DNA from: Candidatus Zipacnadum vermilionense
GTDB taxonomy: Bacteria; Armatimonadota; Zipacnadia; Zipacnadales; Zipacnadaceae
Direction: 5' to 3'
Assembly (NCBI GenBank): GCA_029821755.1
Contig: JALGSV010000002.1
Span: 18,591-82,590, forward strand
Length of the DNA: 64,000 bases
Shown one piece after another: positions 37,138 through 47,474 of the stretch. A program made the position numbers and the translations under genes. Positions within the stretch are counted from its first letter, which is position 1. The number at the start of each line of letters is the position of its first letter. The notes below the pieces were generated by a model. That model ran no database searches, was not told the DNA's origin, and was given only the letters and a program-made list of their open reading frames with translations.

Positions 37138-38196
37138 TCACTTGCCTCCCGGTGGCACCGGCGTCTCGCCGGTGCGAGGTGGAGGGGGCTCTCCCGAGGG
37201 GAGAATCGGCGAGACGCCGGTACCACCCGACTCGCCGTCCTCCCCATTTCCGACTTCCGACTTCCGATTCTCGACTTCCCCTCCCATCGCCACAAACACA
37301 TCCTCCAGCGACGGCTCCACCTCTCGCGGCGCCAGTTCTCCCACGCCCGCCTCCCGCAGCGCACGCCACGCCTCCGCCGGCGCCGCCTCCGGTCGCAGGG
37401 TCACATGCAGTCGGTCACCGAAGACCTCCACTCCCTCCACCAGCGGCAAACGCTTGAGCATCTCCCGCGCCAGGTGCTGAGGGCGGCAGCGGACCTCGAA
37501 GATGCGGCTGTGGATCGACTCCCGCAGCGCCGCCGGAGTATCCTGGCGCAGAATTTGCCCCTGGTGCAGGAAGGCGACGCGGTTGCAGCGGGCGGCCTCG
37601 TCCATGTAGGGCGTACACAAAAGCATGGTCACGCCCTGGCGAGGCAGGTCGTAGAGGATTTGCCAGAAGTCGCGCCGAGAGAGGGGGTCCACGCCGGTGG
37701 TGGGCTCGTCCAGCAACAGTACCTGGGGGCGGTGAATCAGCGCGCAGATAAGCGACAACTTCTGCCGCATCCCGCCGGACAGCGCCGCGGCCAGCCGATC
37801 CCGGAAGGGCGCCATCTGCGTGATCTCCAACAGCTCCTCCCGCCGCGCCGTCCACGTCCCCGGCGGGACGGTGTACAGGTCGGCTAAGTAGGCGATGTTC
37901 TCATTGACGGTCAGGTCGCGATGCAGACTGAACCGCTGGGGCACATACCCGATGCGCGCCTTGACTTCCTCGGGATCGCGTACCGCGTCATGCCCGGCCA
38001 CCCGTACCTCCCCGGCATCGGGAAGCAGAATCCCGCACAGCATCCGCAGCGTGGTCGTCTTTCCCGCCCCATCCGGTCCCACCAGCCCCATGATCTCCCC
38101 AGTGCCCACCTCCAGGTCCAACCCGTCCACCGCAACCACGTCCTCGAAGGCCTTGCGCAAGCCTCGGACCTGTACGGCCAGATCGCCGCTCACCAC
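37138..38196 (-). CDS. ABC transporter ATP-binding protein with low-complexity C-terminal tail
   Basis: Walker A GPDGAGKTT, signature LSGGMRQK, Walker B LLLDEPTTGVD. The last ~45 aa (ENRKSEVGNGEDGESGGTGVSPILPSGEPPPPRTGETPVPPGGK) are encoded by palindromic/direct repeats. Confidence 0.85.
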   Translation of the reverse strand: MVSGDLAVQVRGLRKAFEDVVAVDGLDLEVGTGEIMGLVGPDGAGKTTTLRMLCGILLPDAGEVRVAGHDAVRDPEEVKARIGYVPQRFSLHRDLTVNENIAYLADLYTVPPGTWTARREELLEITQMAPFRDRLAAALSGGMRQKLSLICALIHRPQVLLLDEPTTGVDPLSRRDFWQILYDLPRQGVTMLLCTPYMDEAARCNRVAFLHQGQILRQDTPAALRESIHSRIFEVRCRPQHLAREMLKRLPLVEGVEVFGDRLHVTLRPEAAPAEAWRALREAGVGELAPREVEPSLEDVFVAMGGEVENRKSEVGNGEDGESGGTGVSPILPSGEPPPPRTGETPVPPGGK

Positions 38197-39866
38197 TCGC
38201 CTCCGGTAGCCCCCTTCGGGCTCCCCCTCCCCTGCACGGGGAGGGCCTTCGGGGGTGGGGCCTCTCCCACCTCGATCTTCGCATCCACCGGCATCCCCGG
38301 CTTGAGAATCCCCTCCCGGTTCTCCAGCGCTATCTCCACCGCGAACACCGTCCGCGTGCGCTCCTCCACGGTCTGGACGTACTTGGGGGTAAACTCCGCC
38401 TGGGAGGCGATCCGCCGCACCCGGCCTACGAAGGGTTGGCCGGGCCGCCCGTCGATGAACACCTGCGCTGTCTGCCCCAGCTTGACCCGAGGCAATTCCG
38501 GCTCGGGGACGTAGACCGTGACGTAGGTGTCGGTGAAGTCCACCATAGTCACCACCGACGACCCTGGCCGGACCACCTCGCCGACGCGGACGTGGGTATC
38601 GTCCACCAGCCCGTCCACGGGGGCCTCTACGCGGTACTTGTCCAGCGCAGCTTTGGCGGCTTCCACGGTCGCCTGGGCCTGGGCCAGCGACGCCCGCGCG
38701 GCAGCCACCTCCGCTTGCCGCACCGCCACCTGCCCCGTGCCGGCCTGGGCTTGCTGCAGGACCGCTTCCGCCTCGCCCACCTGCTTAGCGGCCACTTGCA
38801 CCTGTCCCGAACGCGCCCCCGCTCTCACCAGCGCCGCCTGGGCACTCGCCGCCTCCGCCGCCGCTTCCGTCTGTTTGACCGCCGCCGCCGCGCGCGCTAT
38901 CTCCTCTTCCCGGGGGCCCTTGCGGGCCAAGGTCAAGGCCTCCTGCGCCCGCCGCTGGTCGGCCACCGTGGCCTGCAGGGCGGCGTCCGCGGCGGCAATC
39001 TGCTCCGGCCGCGATCCGGCCTGCAGCAGTTTCAGCCGCTCCTGGGTTGCGTCCAGGTCGGCCTGCGCCGCGTCCCGCGCCGCCGCTGCCGCATCCCGCG
39101 TCTGCGGCGAGATGGCGCCATCCGCGATCAGCTTCTCCGCCCGCTCGTAATCGCGGGAGGCTTTCACCAGCGCCGTCCGGGCTTTATCTACCGCCGCCTG
39201 CGCCTGCTGAATCTCCTGGGGCCGCGCCCCCGCTTGCAGGTCGGCCAGTTGCGCTTGGGCCGAGGCCACCCGGGCTTCCGCCGCCCGGTACGACTCCTCG
39301 GCCCCGCGGATCTCCTCCGGCCGCAGCCCCGCCTGCAATTGCCGCAGGTTCTCCCGAGCCCCAGACACCGCCGCTTGCGCCTGCCGGAAGGCCGCTTGCG
39401 CCGCCGCAATCTCCTCGGGACGCGAACCGGTTTCCACGTCCCGGTAGCGCGCCCGCGCCGTACCCGTCGCCGCTTGTGCCCGCTGCACGTCCGCCGAGGA
39501 CACCCCTTGCTGCAGCCGCAGGGCCTCGTCCGTTTGCTGCACCCGCTTACTCGCCGCCTCCGCTGCCGCTTGGGCCTGGAGGAACTGGGCCGCCGCGACC
39601 TGGTCCGCCACCTCCGCGATCAGTTGCCCCTTCTGCACGGTCTGCCCCTTCTCCACCGGGCGGCTGACCACCACGCCCTGCACGTCCGTGCCCACCTCGA
39701 TCACTCGCGCCTCGATAATGCCGCTGGCCGCGATGATGTTGGAGGGGGTCGGCCGCCAGACGCCCGCGGCCCACAGGACCAGGACCACAATTCCGGCCAG
39801 CAGCACCAGAACCAGGAGGATTCTCAGAGGAACGGGCACTCGATGCAGCTTCGCGGACCCAACCAT
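38190..39866 (-). CDS. HlyD-family membrane fusion protein (periplasmic adaptor) with extended repetitive coiled coil
   Basis: N-terminal TM helix; lipoyl/beta-barrel segments (GIIEARVIEVGTDVQGVVV...GQLIAEV); 4 or more coiled-coil repeats LQAG(A/S)RPEEI. GGGAGG lies 9 nt upstream of ATG 39866. Confidence 0.75.
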   Translation of the reverse strand: MVGSAKLHRVPVPLRILLVLVLLAGIVVLVLWAAGVWRPTPSNIIAASGIIEARVIEVGTDVQGVVVSRPVEKGQTVQKGQLIAEVADQVAAAQFLQAQAAAEAASKRVQQTDEALRLQQGVSSADVQRAQAATGTARARYRDVETGSRPEEIAAAQAAFRQAQAAVSGARENLRQLQAGLRPEEIRGAEESYRAAEARVASAQAQLADLQAGARPQEIQQAQAAVDKARTALVKASRDYERAEKLIADGAISPQTRDAAAAARDAAQADLDATQERLKLLQAGSRPEQIAAADAALQATVADQRRAQEALTLARKGPREEEIARAAAAVKQTEAAAEAASAQAALVRAGARSGQVQVAAKQVGEAEAVLQQAQAGTGQVAVRQAEVAAARASLAQAQATVEAAKAALDKYRVEAPVDGLVDDTHVRVGEVVRPGSSVVTMVDFTDTYVTVYVPEPELPRVKLGQTAQVFIDGRPGQPFVGRVRRIASQAEFTPKYVQTVEERTRTVFAVEIALENREGILKPGMPVDAKIEVGEAPPPKALPVQGRGSPKGATGGEW

Positions 39867-40074
39867 CGACACCGGCCTCCCTTACAGTATGCAAGCAGGC
39901 AGATTGCTCCCGGGGACGCCTAAGCAGATACCACAGCCCGCCGGGGATGTCAACGGACGAGGCCTAGAGAATGGCTCCTCCCGCGTGGAGGGGAGGTATG
40001 CCCCAGCCGGAGGCGGAACAAATGTCTTGACCTCTCCTATAGCTAGACTGACCTCTCTCTCTCGGAGGCCCACC

Positions 40075-43000
40075 ATGCGAAGAAGGTTCGCTTTGCTCAC
40101 CGCTCTGCTCCTCGGAGCAGGACTTGCCCTTCCCCTGTCCGCCCAGATTAACGAGGGCAACCTGCTCCGGAACCCCAGTTTCGAGGAACCCCTCCGCACC
40201 GACGGCAATACCTATGCCGGATGGGCCTTCGTCAACCACGATCAGGACTTCATCCGCGGCCAGACCGGGGCCCAGGACTTCCACACCGGCCTGCAGGCCG
40301 CCGAGGTCTCAGTCGCCGGCGTGCCTAAGGTGTACGCCTGCTTCGGCCAACATGTCCGGCTTACGGACGACAACCAGCTCCCTGATCAGGTCTCCGTCTG
40401 GTACCGCGCCCCCCAGAACGACGCCGCTATCGTGCTTGGTTACACCGCCTCCGAGGGCGGGAAGCCGGTGGCCAAAGGCGGCGAAGTCGTCCCCCTCCCC
40501 CAGAGCACCGACTGGACCCAGATCAAAGCCACCGTCCAAGTCCCCCTGGGTACCCGCAACATCCTCTTTGAGCTGCGCGTCGATAAGCAAGGAGAATACC
40601 GCTTCGACGATGTCTCCCTGGTCCGCACCGAGCTGGCCGCAGTCGGGGGCAAGCCCGACCGCCTCCTCTTCGTCGGCGCGAGCAAGATCACCTACCTCTG
40701 GCAGGACGCCCTCCAGGCCGCTGGCTGGCAGCGCGTGAGCTATGGGTCTTGGGACAATCTTACCCCCGAGCTGCTCCGGCAGTGCCGTCTGGTGGTGATG
40801 GTCTCCCTCCCTTCACGCCCCGACCTGACCGACGCGGACCAGGCCACCCTCGAACTGCTCGATGACTACGTCAAGTCCGGAGGCGGGCTGCTGCTCAGTC
40901 AGCAAGCGGGGCAGGTCATCACCTCCATGACCCTCCCCTTCGCCTTGGCGCGACAGTTTGGGACGCAGATTCTCTACGAGAAGACCATCTCCGACCCCGA
41001 GTTGACCAAGCAAGTCGGGGCCTGGGGGCCGGACATCTACACCTACACGGAAAGCGTCGCGGGCCCGGTCGCCGCGGGCGTCAAGGGGGTCCTCTACCAG
41101 TCCGTCGTGCATATGCAAAGCCTGGGCGGCGTCATGCCCTTCCTGCCGCAAGACCCCTGGCAGGTAGTCCTCTCCGCCGGTCCGAACTCGAAGACCGAGA
41201 TCTTCGAACTGGGCCTCGACGAGATCGACCGCAACGCCCGCGCTCAAGGCTTCGCTTCCGAGGTGCCCATCGCCGGGATCCGCGCATACGGTCAGGGACG
41301 GGTCGGCTACTTCGGCGTTCTGCCCGATATCGTCTTCACCCGCCCCATCGCCACCGACGTGGACAAGACCGTCCACGAGGCCTACCTCACCAAGGGCGCC
41401 AACGGTTTCGGCAGCGACCTACAGAAACTCTACCTGAACATCTTCCAGTGGCTAAGCGCCAACGCGGATAAGCTGATCGGGACGGAGCTGAACCGCCCCG
41501 CGGTCGAGGGGGTCAAGTACGCGACCGGTTTCAAGTTCTTCCGGGGGATCATCGGCCCGCGCACTACTCACTCTTCCGGGCAGTCCACGCCCGAGCAATA
41601 CGTCACCCGCGCCCGGGCCGCGGGATATGACTTCCTTGTCTTCCTAGAGGACTTCGGTGCGCTCCAGCCCGGCGGCTTCGACGCGCTCAAGGCTGACTGC
41701 AAGCGCCTCTCCGACGGTACCTTTCTCGCCATCCCCGGCATCACCTACGAAAACACCGACGGTAACCATGAGTTCGCCTGGAGCAAGTACCTTAAGCTCC
41801 CCTCGGCCAAACTGCTCAGTCCGGACGGCAAGCGCTTCCTGACTCGGGATCCGAACTCCCCGACGCCCAACTCCATGTTCGGCATCATCTGGCTCTACAC
41901 CCTCTGTGGCTTCGAGAACATGTCCGGCTGGTATAGGTTCGGTGAGAACCCCTACCCGCACTTTGACGCCCGCAACGTCAACTCCATGGGTGTCATCACC
42001 CAGGAAGACGGGAAGACCGTCGAGTCGGTGGTGGACTCCTACGCCGCCGAGGCGCGCAACGGCCAGTTCATGTGGCCGCTGGCCCTCACCCTGATGAAGA
42101 GCGCCGACGAGATCGACCTGGTCGAAAAGGGTACCTACTACCACAACGAAGTCGGCCTCGAGGGCGTGGAGAAGCTCGACACCTGGCTCAACACCCTGGG
42201 CGGTCGCAGCGGCCGCAATCTGTTCCCCGGAGCCCCATGCTTCGGGCAGGTCTTCCTTTCCAACGGGCCGAGCATTGACCTGAAGATGCCCCGCGGCGAC
42301 ACCGACGCGGAGAGCAATATCTGGAACCCGCGCCTGCAGGAGTGGGCCTTCGACCTGAAGGTCACCTCGCCGGTGGGCTTGCAGGAAGTGCGGGTGATGG
42401 ATGGGACGACCCTCATCCGCCGGTTCCTGCCAGGCGGAGCCCAGGAGTTCACTCACGTCACCAGTCTCCCCCGCGAGCGGCAGAAGGCGATCTGGGTGCG
42501 CGCCTTTGACACCCAGGGCCGCGAGGCCGTCAGCCGCGACATCACCTCCGACTCCTGGCTGCTGCGCGACACCCAGTGCGCCGACCGCAACAACCAACTA
42601 CTCTATTCCATGCAGACCCGCCCGGACGGGACCCCCTTCTTCATCACCTACGGTGGCGACACTCCCATGCCCGATAAGGGCCCCTGGAACGGCCGCACCC
42701 GCCCCGTGGGCATCTTCGTTTTCGACAAGCTGCTCGGCGCCGGCTCTATGGCCTACGACGGTTCCCCGGAGAACCACCCGCAGTGCGCCTTCAGCCCCTC
42801 GCTGTGGTACGGCGAGACCGCGCCGAAGCCACTGGGTTGGGTGAGTCAACTGGTGGGAGGCAAGGAGGGCGGGCCGCACGTCCAGCCCTACCGCGTCTCG
42901 CACTCCTCCGATGTGCTCATCGGGGAACGCATCCTCGACGGCGTTTTCGGCGTGGACACGCAGCCGATCATCCACGTCTGGCACACGCTCTACCCGGTCA

Positions 43001-44004
43001 GCCCCAGCGAGTACCTCAAGACCACCGCCCGCCAGTATCTCTACCTCGTAAAGGTGGACGGCATCAGCGTCTATCTCTGGGACCAGGAGTTCGAGTTCCT
43101 CCAGGACGTCCCCGTCAAGCCCCAGCATGCCTACGCCCTGGGCCTCGGCAGCATCCTCGGTTCCACTGCCACCCAGCGGGTTGTCTCCAGTAGCGGCAAG
43201 GTGGTCGACACCGGCCCCCTTGAGGCCAAGCCCCTGGAGAGCTTCCCCTTCAACCGGGGCGACTACGTCGGCCTGCTGCAGAGCCCCTTCGGTTCGCTGG
43301 CCGTCTACAGCCTGACCGATGGCCTGGTCCTCCAGGGCGACGGGGTCAACTACGGCGTGGGCTTCCAGCCGGAGGGGGACGTGTACAGGAAGGGGACCAA
43401 GCTGCGGGCACGGGTGCTGATGGTCGGGATGCACCGGCTGGTAGCCGACCCGGCGGCCCTGGCGGCGCAGATCGCCACAGACTACGGCCTTCGCGGCGAA
43501 CCGACCTGGAAGTTCGAACCACAGGAGGGCACCGTCGGCGCACCGGACTACCCGGTGGCCCTGGAGGCGGGTCCCGGCCACTGCTTCCTCGGCCGGGTGA
43601 CCGGCGTGGCGCAACTCGCGGGGAATCTGGGCACTGCCACCTCCGGCCTGCACGACAACTGGACCGCCTTCTACCAGGCGCGCCCGGACGCAACCCAGGG
43701 CGCCGAGGCCAAGACCCGGATCATCTCGGTGGAGAAGGGCACCGGCTATGCGGTGGTGCGCGAGGAGGACGAGGGCAAGACCCTCTTCATCGGCCACCCA
43801 CTGGTCGCGGACAACCCGGCCCTCAGTTTGACCGTAGCGAGGAGCGGGGACTGGAAGAAGTGGGTGGCGGAGATCCACAACCCGACGGACCAGCCCATAA
43901 CGGCGACGGTCCGCAGCACCCCGGCCTACCAGGGCTTCGTGTTCAGCGAGAAGCTGACGCTACAACCGGGGACCTCGGTACAGCGGAAGCTGGGACCAAC
44001 GTAG
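40075..44004 (+). CDS. large secreted protein (1309 aa) with N-terminal CBM4/9-like carbohydrate-binding module; paralog of the gene at the window start
   Basis: GGAGG lies 6 nt upstream of ATG 40075; signal peptide MRRRFALLTALLLGAGLALPLSA; NLLRNPSFEE...W CBM-like N-terminus. The ORF-track start 39688 overlaps the divergent HlyD gene. Confidence 0.6.
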   Translation: MRRRFALLTALLLGAGLALPLSAQINEGNLLRNPSFEEPLRTDGNTYAGWAFVNHDQDFIRGQTGAQDFHTGLQAAEVSVAGVPKVYACFGQHVRLTDDNQLPDQVSVWYRAPQNDAAIVLGYTASEGGKPVAKGGEVVPLPQSTDWTQIKATVQVPLGTRNILFELRVDKQGEYRFDDVSLVRTELAAVGGKPDRLLFVGASKITYLWQDALQAAGWQRVSYGSWDNLTPELLRQCRLVVMVSLPSRPDLTDADQATLELLDDYVKSGGGLLLSQQAGQVITSMTLPFALARQFGTQILYEKTISDPELTKQVGAWGPDIYTYTESVAGPVAAGVKGVLYQSVVHMQSLGGVMPFLPQDPWQVVLSAGPNSKTEIFELGLDEIDRNARAQGFASEVPIAGIRAYGQGRVGYFGVLPDIVFTRPIATDVDKTVHEAYLTKGANGFGSDLQKLYLNIFQWLSANADKLIGTELNRPAVEGVKYATGFKFFRGIIGPRTTHSSGQSTPEQYVTRARAAGYDFLVFLEDFGALQPGGFDALKADCKRLSDGTFLAIPGITYENTDGNHEFAWSKYLKLPSAKLLSPDGKRFLTRDPNSPTPNSMFGIIWLYTLCGFENMSGWYRFGENPYPHFDARNVNSMGVITQEDGKTVESVVDSYAAEARNGQFMWPLALTLMKSADEIDLVEKGTYYHNEVGLEGVEKLDTWLNTLGGRSGRNLFPGAPCFGQVFLSNGPSIDLKMPRGDTDAESNIWNPRLQEWAFDLKVTSPVGLQEVRVMDGTTLIRRFLPGGAQEFTHVTSLPRERQKAIWVRAFDTQGREAVSRDITSDSWLLRDTQCADRNNQLLYSMQTRPDGTPFFITYGGDTPMPDKGPWNGRTRPVGIFVFDKLLGAGSMAYDGSPENHPQCAFSPSLWYGETAPKPLGWVSQLVGGKEGGPHVQPYRVSHSSDVLIGERILDGVFGVDTQPIIHVWHTLYPVSPSEYLKTTARQYLYLVKVDGISVYLWDQEFEFLQDVPVKPQHAYALGLGSILGSTATQRVVSSSGKVVDTGPLEAKPLESFPFNRGDYVGLLQSPFGSLAVYSLTDGLVLQGDGVNYGVGFQPEGDVYRKGTKLRARVLMVGMHRLVADPAALAAQIATDYGLRGEPTWKFEPQEGTVGAPDYPVALEAGPGHCFLGRVTGVAQLAGNLGTATSGLHDNWTAFYQARPDATQGAEAKTRIISVEKGTGYAVVREEDEGKTLFIGHPLVADNPALSLTVARSGDWKKWVAEIHNPTDQPITATVRSTPAYQGFVFSEKLTLQPGTSVQRKLGPT

Positions 44005-44060
44005 CCGTCTCCCCACACCCCTCGGGAGAGCAGTGCTCCCCCGGAGGGGCCGCGTCGAGT

Positions 44061-44083
44061 GGGCGCGCGCTGTTTGCGCGCCC
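44061..44083. repeat. GC palindrome GGGCGCGCGCTGTTTGCGCGCCC (type B-like) between convergent genes
   Basis: Read from the sequence; placed where a terminator would be expected. Confidence 0.5.
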
Positions 44084-44110
44084 AGGAGGCCGGCCCCCGC
44101 CTGAGAACTC

Positions 44111-47100
44111 CTACCCCGGATACTTCACCTCCACCGGCACGGGCTGGCGGGCCTGACCCGACTCGTCTACGCCGATGAACTGCAGGCTGGTCCCGTTGAC
44201 GATGATGCGGTCGGTGATGTTGCCCTGGCCGTCGCGGGTGATGATCCCCAACAGACCGTTTGTCGACAGGGCCCCCTCGCTCGGCTGCCCGGTAGTATTG
44301 AGCACCACCCAGGTCTCCTTGCGGGCCCGCCCGGAGGGGCTGTTCTCGCTGATGACCTTCACGCCGGTGACGCCATTGTCGTCGCTGAGCACGTCAATTC
44401 GCGGCTGGTCGCCCGAGTCCGGCGGGGGTACTAGCAGGTCCGCGGGCTGCAGCACTGGCGCATGCGGGAGCAGCACCGAGGTGAAGCTGATCTCCTCGCC
44501 GGCCCGAGCCATCCCCGACCAAACCTGGCGCACCTGCACCGGCGAGTTGCGGTAGGGGTTGTCCTCGAAACGGTCCAGAACCGTCTGCTTGCGGCCCTCG
44601 CGGGAGACGAAGTAGATCAGCAAGTCCCAGGCCGGGTTGCGGATGGCCTGCACGCCCCGCCCCAGGCCCAAGCCGGTGTAGTAGATCTGGTCGTAGTACG
44701 CGTTGAACCAGTTGTCGCCGTTCTGCGGCCCCAGGTTGCGCGCGTAGTAGCACGGCCCCAGACGCACCTTCATCGTCCGGTCGAACTTGACCCGGTCCTT
44801 CACCATCAGGAAGCCGTTCTTGTAGAAGAGCAAGTCCCGCGTGTAGGTCAGCGGGAGGTGCTGGTAGTTGGTGGTCACAATGCGGGCGAAGGTGAAGACA
44901 GGGTCCTCCACAAAAATCGGCACGCTGGTTTCGGGTAGCGCCGCCGGGCTGGGGACACCCTCCAGGTCCTCCACCCACATCAAGTTCTGGAAGTCGGGGG
45001 TGTTCTCGTAGTACCCCTGCCCCGCGAAGAGCGCCGAGTCCATCTGCATCAGCGCGATGATGTTCCCGGGCAGTTCCCCGCCGTGCCCTGCGGTAGGCAG
45101 CAGCTCCACCAGCCCCCAAGTATCCAGCGGGCCATTGCCGCTGCTCAGGACGATCTTGTCCGGAATCCACTGGTCGGGGACCATGCGCAGGTGCCAGGTC
45201 GGGTGCGCTTTCATCTCCGCCTCGGGCGTGGGCAGCCAGGGATGGCGCCAGGTGATGCGGCTCTGCGTCGGGGGCGGCGTCGGCTGCACCTCATCATCCG
45301 CCAACAGATACGCCAGGCAGAAGTTGTTCAGCGCGTTATCGTAAGGGCCATGGTACTGGTTGGCCCGATGGTCCAGGTGGTTGTAGTAGTACTCGGCAAT
45401 GCGCTGGGAGGTCCAGCGGTAGCGGCCGCTCTTGGTGAGGTTGGACATCCACTCGTAGGCCCACATGGACATCCCCACCTCCGGCCACCCACTGCAGGAG
45501 GCGAAGGGCGGCACCGCCCCCGAGGGGCTGACCATCTCCACGTACCGCGCCATTGTCTTCTGGAACCCCTGGTGCTCCACGAACGCCTCCCAGTCGCCCG
45601 TGTGGAAGTAGATGCCGACGGCGGCGTCAAAAAAGACCCAGTGGTACCCGGCCGAGGCGTCGTCGGTATCGCCCACCTCGCCGATGATCTTGTCGTGGTA
45701 GTCGGTGTACGCGATCACTCGCGGGTCAATGGGCTGGCCGTCCTGCTCGGCGACCATGCGGGCAATCTTCAGCACGGCGTAGCGTGACCAGGTGCGGTTG
45801 TGCGTCCCCCACTCGGTGAACAGCGACTTGTTGGGATTGGCGGCCACCGGGTACAGAGCGGCCCGGTAGCGCTTCTCTGCGTCCTGCGGCGCCCAGGGAC
45901 TGTCCGGGTCCTGCAGCCACGTCAGGTAGCGGTACATGGCGACCATCGTCAGCTTGGACCCGCCCCAGCCGTCGCCCACGGTGTCAATGGTGTAGTCCAT
46001 GATGTCCCGCGCCAGGGCCATGTAGGCCTCATCCCCGGTGATCTCGTAGAAGGCCATGCAGCGCATCATTTCCTGGTAGCCATACGGCGACTCGCTCGTG
46101 ATGTCCTGCCCCGCTTGGCTCTTGAGGTACGGCTCTAGGTGGGTGCGGAGGTAGGGGATGTAGTCCTGGCGGGACTTGATCCAGTTGTGCCGGTAGAAGC
46201 CTTGCTCCCCCAGGGCGTTGCGGGCGACGCGGCCCGGCGGGGCGTGGTGGATCGCGCCCTCGGCCGCGGTCGCCGGGGCGGTTCCGGCCAAGGGGTCGGT
46301 GACGGTGACCGCGTAGCGGGCGATCACTGCGCTCTTGCCGCCTATCGAGGCCGTCTCCTCGACCGTGTAGCGGCCCGGTTGGCCCAGCGCGCCGGGCTTG
46401 ACCTCACGCAACTCTGTCCCGGTCCGCCCCACGGGGACGTTCAGGCCCAGCTTCTGCTCCCAGACCGTCTTGCCGGCCGCATCGGCGAGGCGAACCTTCT
46501 CCAGCTTGGCCGCGCCGGTCAGAGCGTCGAGGTCCACGCGGATGGAAAGCCCTTGGGCGGGGGTGATCTCATCGTTGGAGACCGTCACCAGGCCGAGCAT
46601 GTCCTTGCGATCGGTCAGGCGGAAGACGGGGCGCAGGTTCATCTGCAGGGCGCTCCCATACTGCTCCGTGTGCGAGGCCCAGCCGACTTGGTTCAGGTCC
46701 TCGTCAGGGTCCATGTCTCCCGCGAGGAAGGCAATGAACAGCGGCTCTCCCGGCGCCGGGAGATACTGCAGGCCCTTCCACGGCACCGCGGCCTCCACCC
46801 AGTACCCGTCGGGCGTCTCACTGACCGCAAACTGGGAGCCGTCGGGGAGGTACCAGTACAGATCGCGCTTGTCCAACACTCCTGGCGCCACCGGCACCAA
46901 CTCCCCTCGCGGGTCGGGCCCCACCGGGGCATAGCGCAGGGCCAGGAAGGGGGTGGGGCTGAAGGGGGAGTTGGACTTCATGTGCTGGCGGAACGAGCTG
47001 ATCGACATCATCAGGCTATCGCAGGCCCAGCCGGCCACTCCTTGGTTTAGCTTGCTGTCGGGCTTCACGCCCAGTAGGTGGTCGTCCACCATCTGCGCGG

Positions 47101-47392
47101 CGATGTATAGCCAGGTATCGTCCCAGGCCAGCGCCGCCTTGCCCGACAGGTCCGCGTTGCTCTTAACCGGGTTGTCGGGGTCATTGGACCAGACCCTGTT
47201 CATGGGGTTATCGCCCGAACCGCTGATGGTGTAAGGCGTGTTGCCGAGGTCCCATTCGCCCAGTTGCCCGTCTACGACGATAGGCTTGGCGGGGCGGGTG
47301 ACGAGGTACTGGGTCGGGGTCTTGACGGTCTCCGCCGAGGCCAGGCCGCCGGCGAGGAGTGTAGTGATCAACAAGGCGAGAGTGCGTTTCAA
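44111..47392 (-). CDS. secreted protein (1093 aa) with CBM9-like N-terminal domain and polysaccharide-lyase-like (alginate lyase / heparinase II/III-like) body
   Basis: TTG start with GGAGG 8 nt upstream; signal peptide; IVVDGQLGEWDL...WDDTWLYIAAQMVDD CBM9/DOMON-like; later TAGHGGELPGNIIAL heparinase-like segment. Confidence 0.45.
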   Translation of the reverse strand: MKRTLALLITTLLAGGLASAETVKTPTQYLVTRPAKPIVVDGQLGEWDLGNTPYTISGSGDNPMNRVWSNDPDNPVKSNADLSGKAALAWDDTWLYIAAQMVDDHLLGVKPDSKLNQGVAGWACDSLMMSISSFRQHMKSNSPFSPTPFLALRYAPVGPDPRGELVPVAPGVLDKRDLYWYLPDGSQFAVSETPDGYWVEAAVPWKGLQYLPAPGEPLFIAFLAGDMDPDEDLNQVGWASHTEQYGSALQMNLRPVFRLTDRKDMLGLVTVSNDEITPAQGLSIRVDLDALTGAAKLEKVRLADAAGKTVWEQKLGLNVPVGRTGTELREVKPGALGQPGRYTVEETASIGGKSAVIARYAVTVTDPLAGTAPATAAEGAIHHAPPGRVARNALGEQGFYRHNWIKSRQDYIPYLRTHLEPYLKSQAGQDITSESPYGYQEMMRCMAFYEITGDEAYMALARDIMDYTIDTVGDGWGGSKLTMVAMYRYLTWLQDPDSPWAPQDAEKRYRAALYPVAANPNKSLFTEWGTHNRTWSRYAVLKIARMVAEQDGQPIDPRVIAYTDYHDKIIGEVGDTDDASAGYHWVFFDAAVGIYFHTGDWEAFVEHQGFQKTMARYVEMVSPSGAVPPFASCSGWPEVGMSMWAYEWMSNLTKSGRYRWTSQRIAEYYYNHLDHRANQYHGPYDNALNNFCLAYLLADDEVQPTPPPTQSRITWRHPWLPTPEAEMKAHPTWHLRMVPDQWIPDKIVLSSGNGPLDTWGLVELLPTAGHGGELPGNIIALMQMDSALFAGQGYYENTPDFQNLMWVEDLEGVPSPAALPETSVPIFVEDPVFTFARIVTTNYQHLPLTYTRDLLFYKNGFLMVKDRVKFDRTMKVRLGPCYYARNLGPQNGDNWFNAYYDQIYYTGLGLGRGVQAIRNPAWDLLIYFVSREGRKQTVLDRFEDNPYRNSPVQVRQVWSGMARAGEEISFTSVLLPHAPVLQPADLLVPPPDSGDQPRIDVLSDDNGVTGVKVISENSPSGRARKETWVVLNTTGQPSEGALSTNGLLGIITRDGQGNITDRIIVNGTSLQFIGVDESGQARQPVPVEVKYPG

Positions 47393-47474
47393 GGTGGGAC
47401 CTCCTAAAGGGTACGACAGGCGAGGGAGCTAATTCCACGTGGGAGGGGAATTATCCTGCGTGGAGGGGCCGTCT

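Noticed and set aside
38436-39923. 495-aa plus-strand ORF antisense to HlyD
   Set aside because: Arg/Leu/Pro/Gln-repeat junk produced by the antisense of the coiled-coil repeats; no start context.
39688-40074. ORF-track start of the 1438-aa protein at 39688
   Set aside because: This region overlaps the divergent HlyD gene and intergenic space. A GGAGG RBS and signal peptide support the start at 40075.
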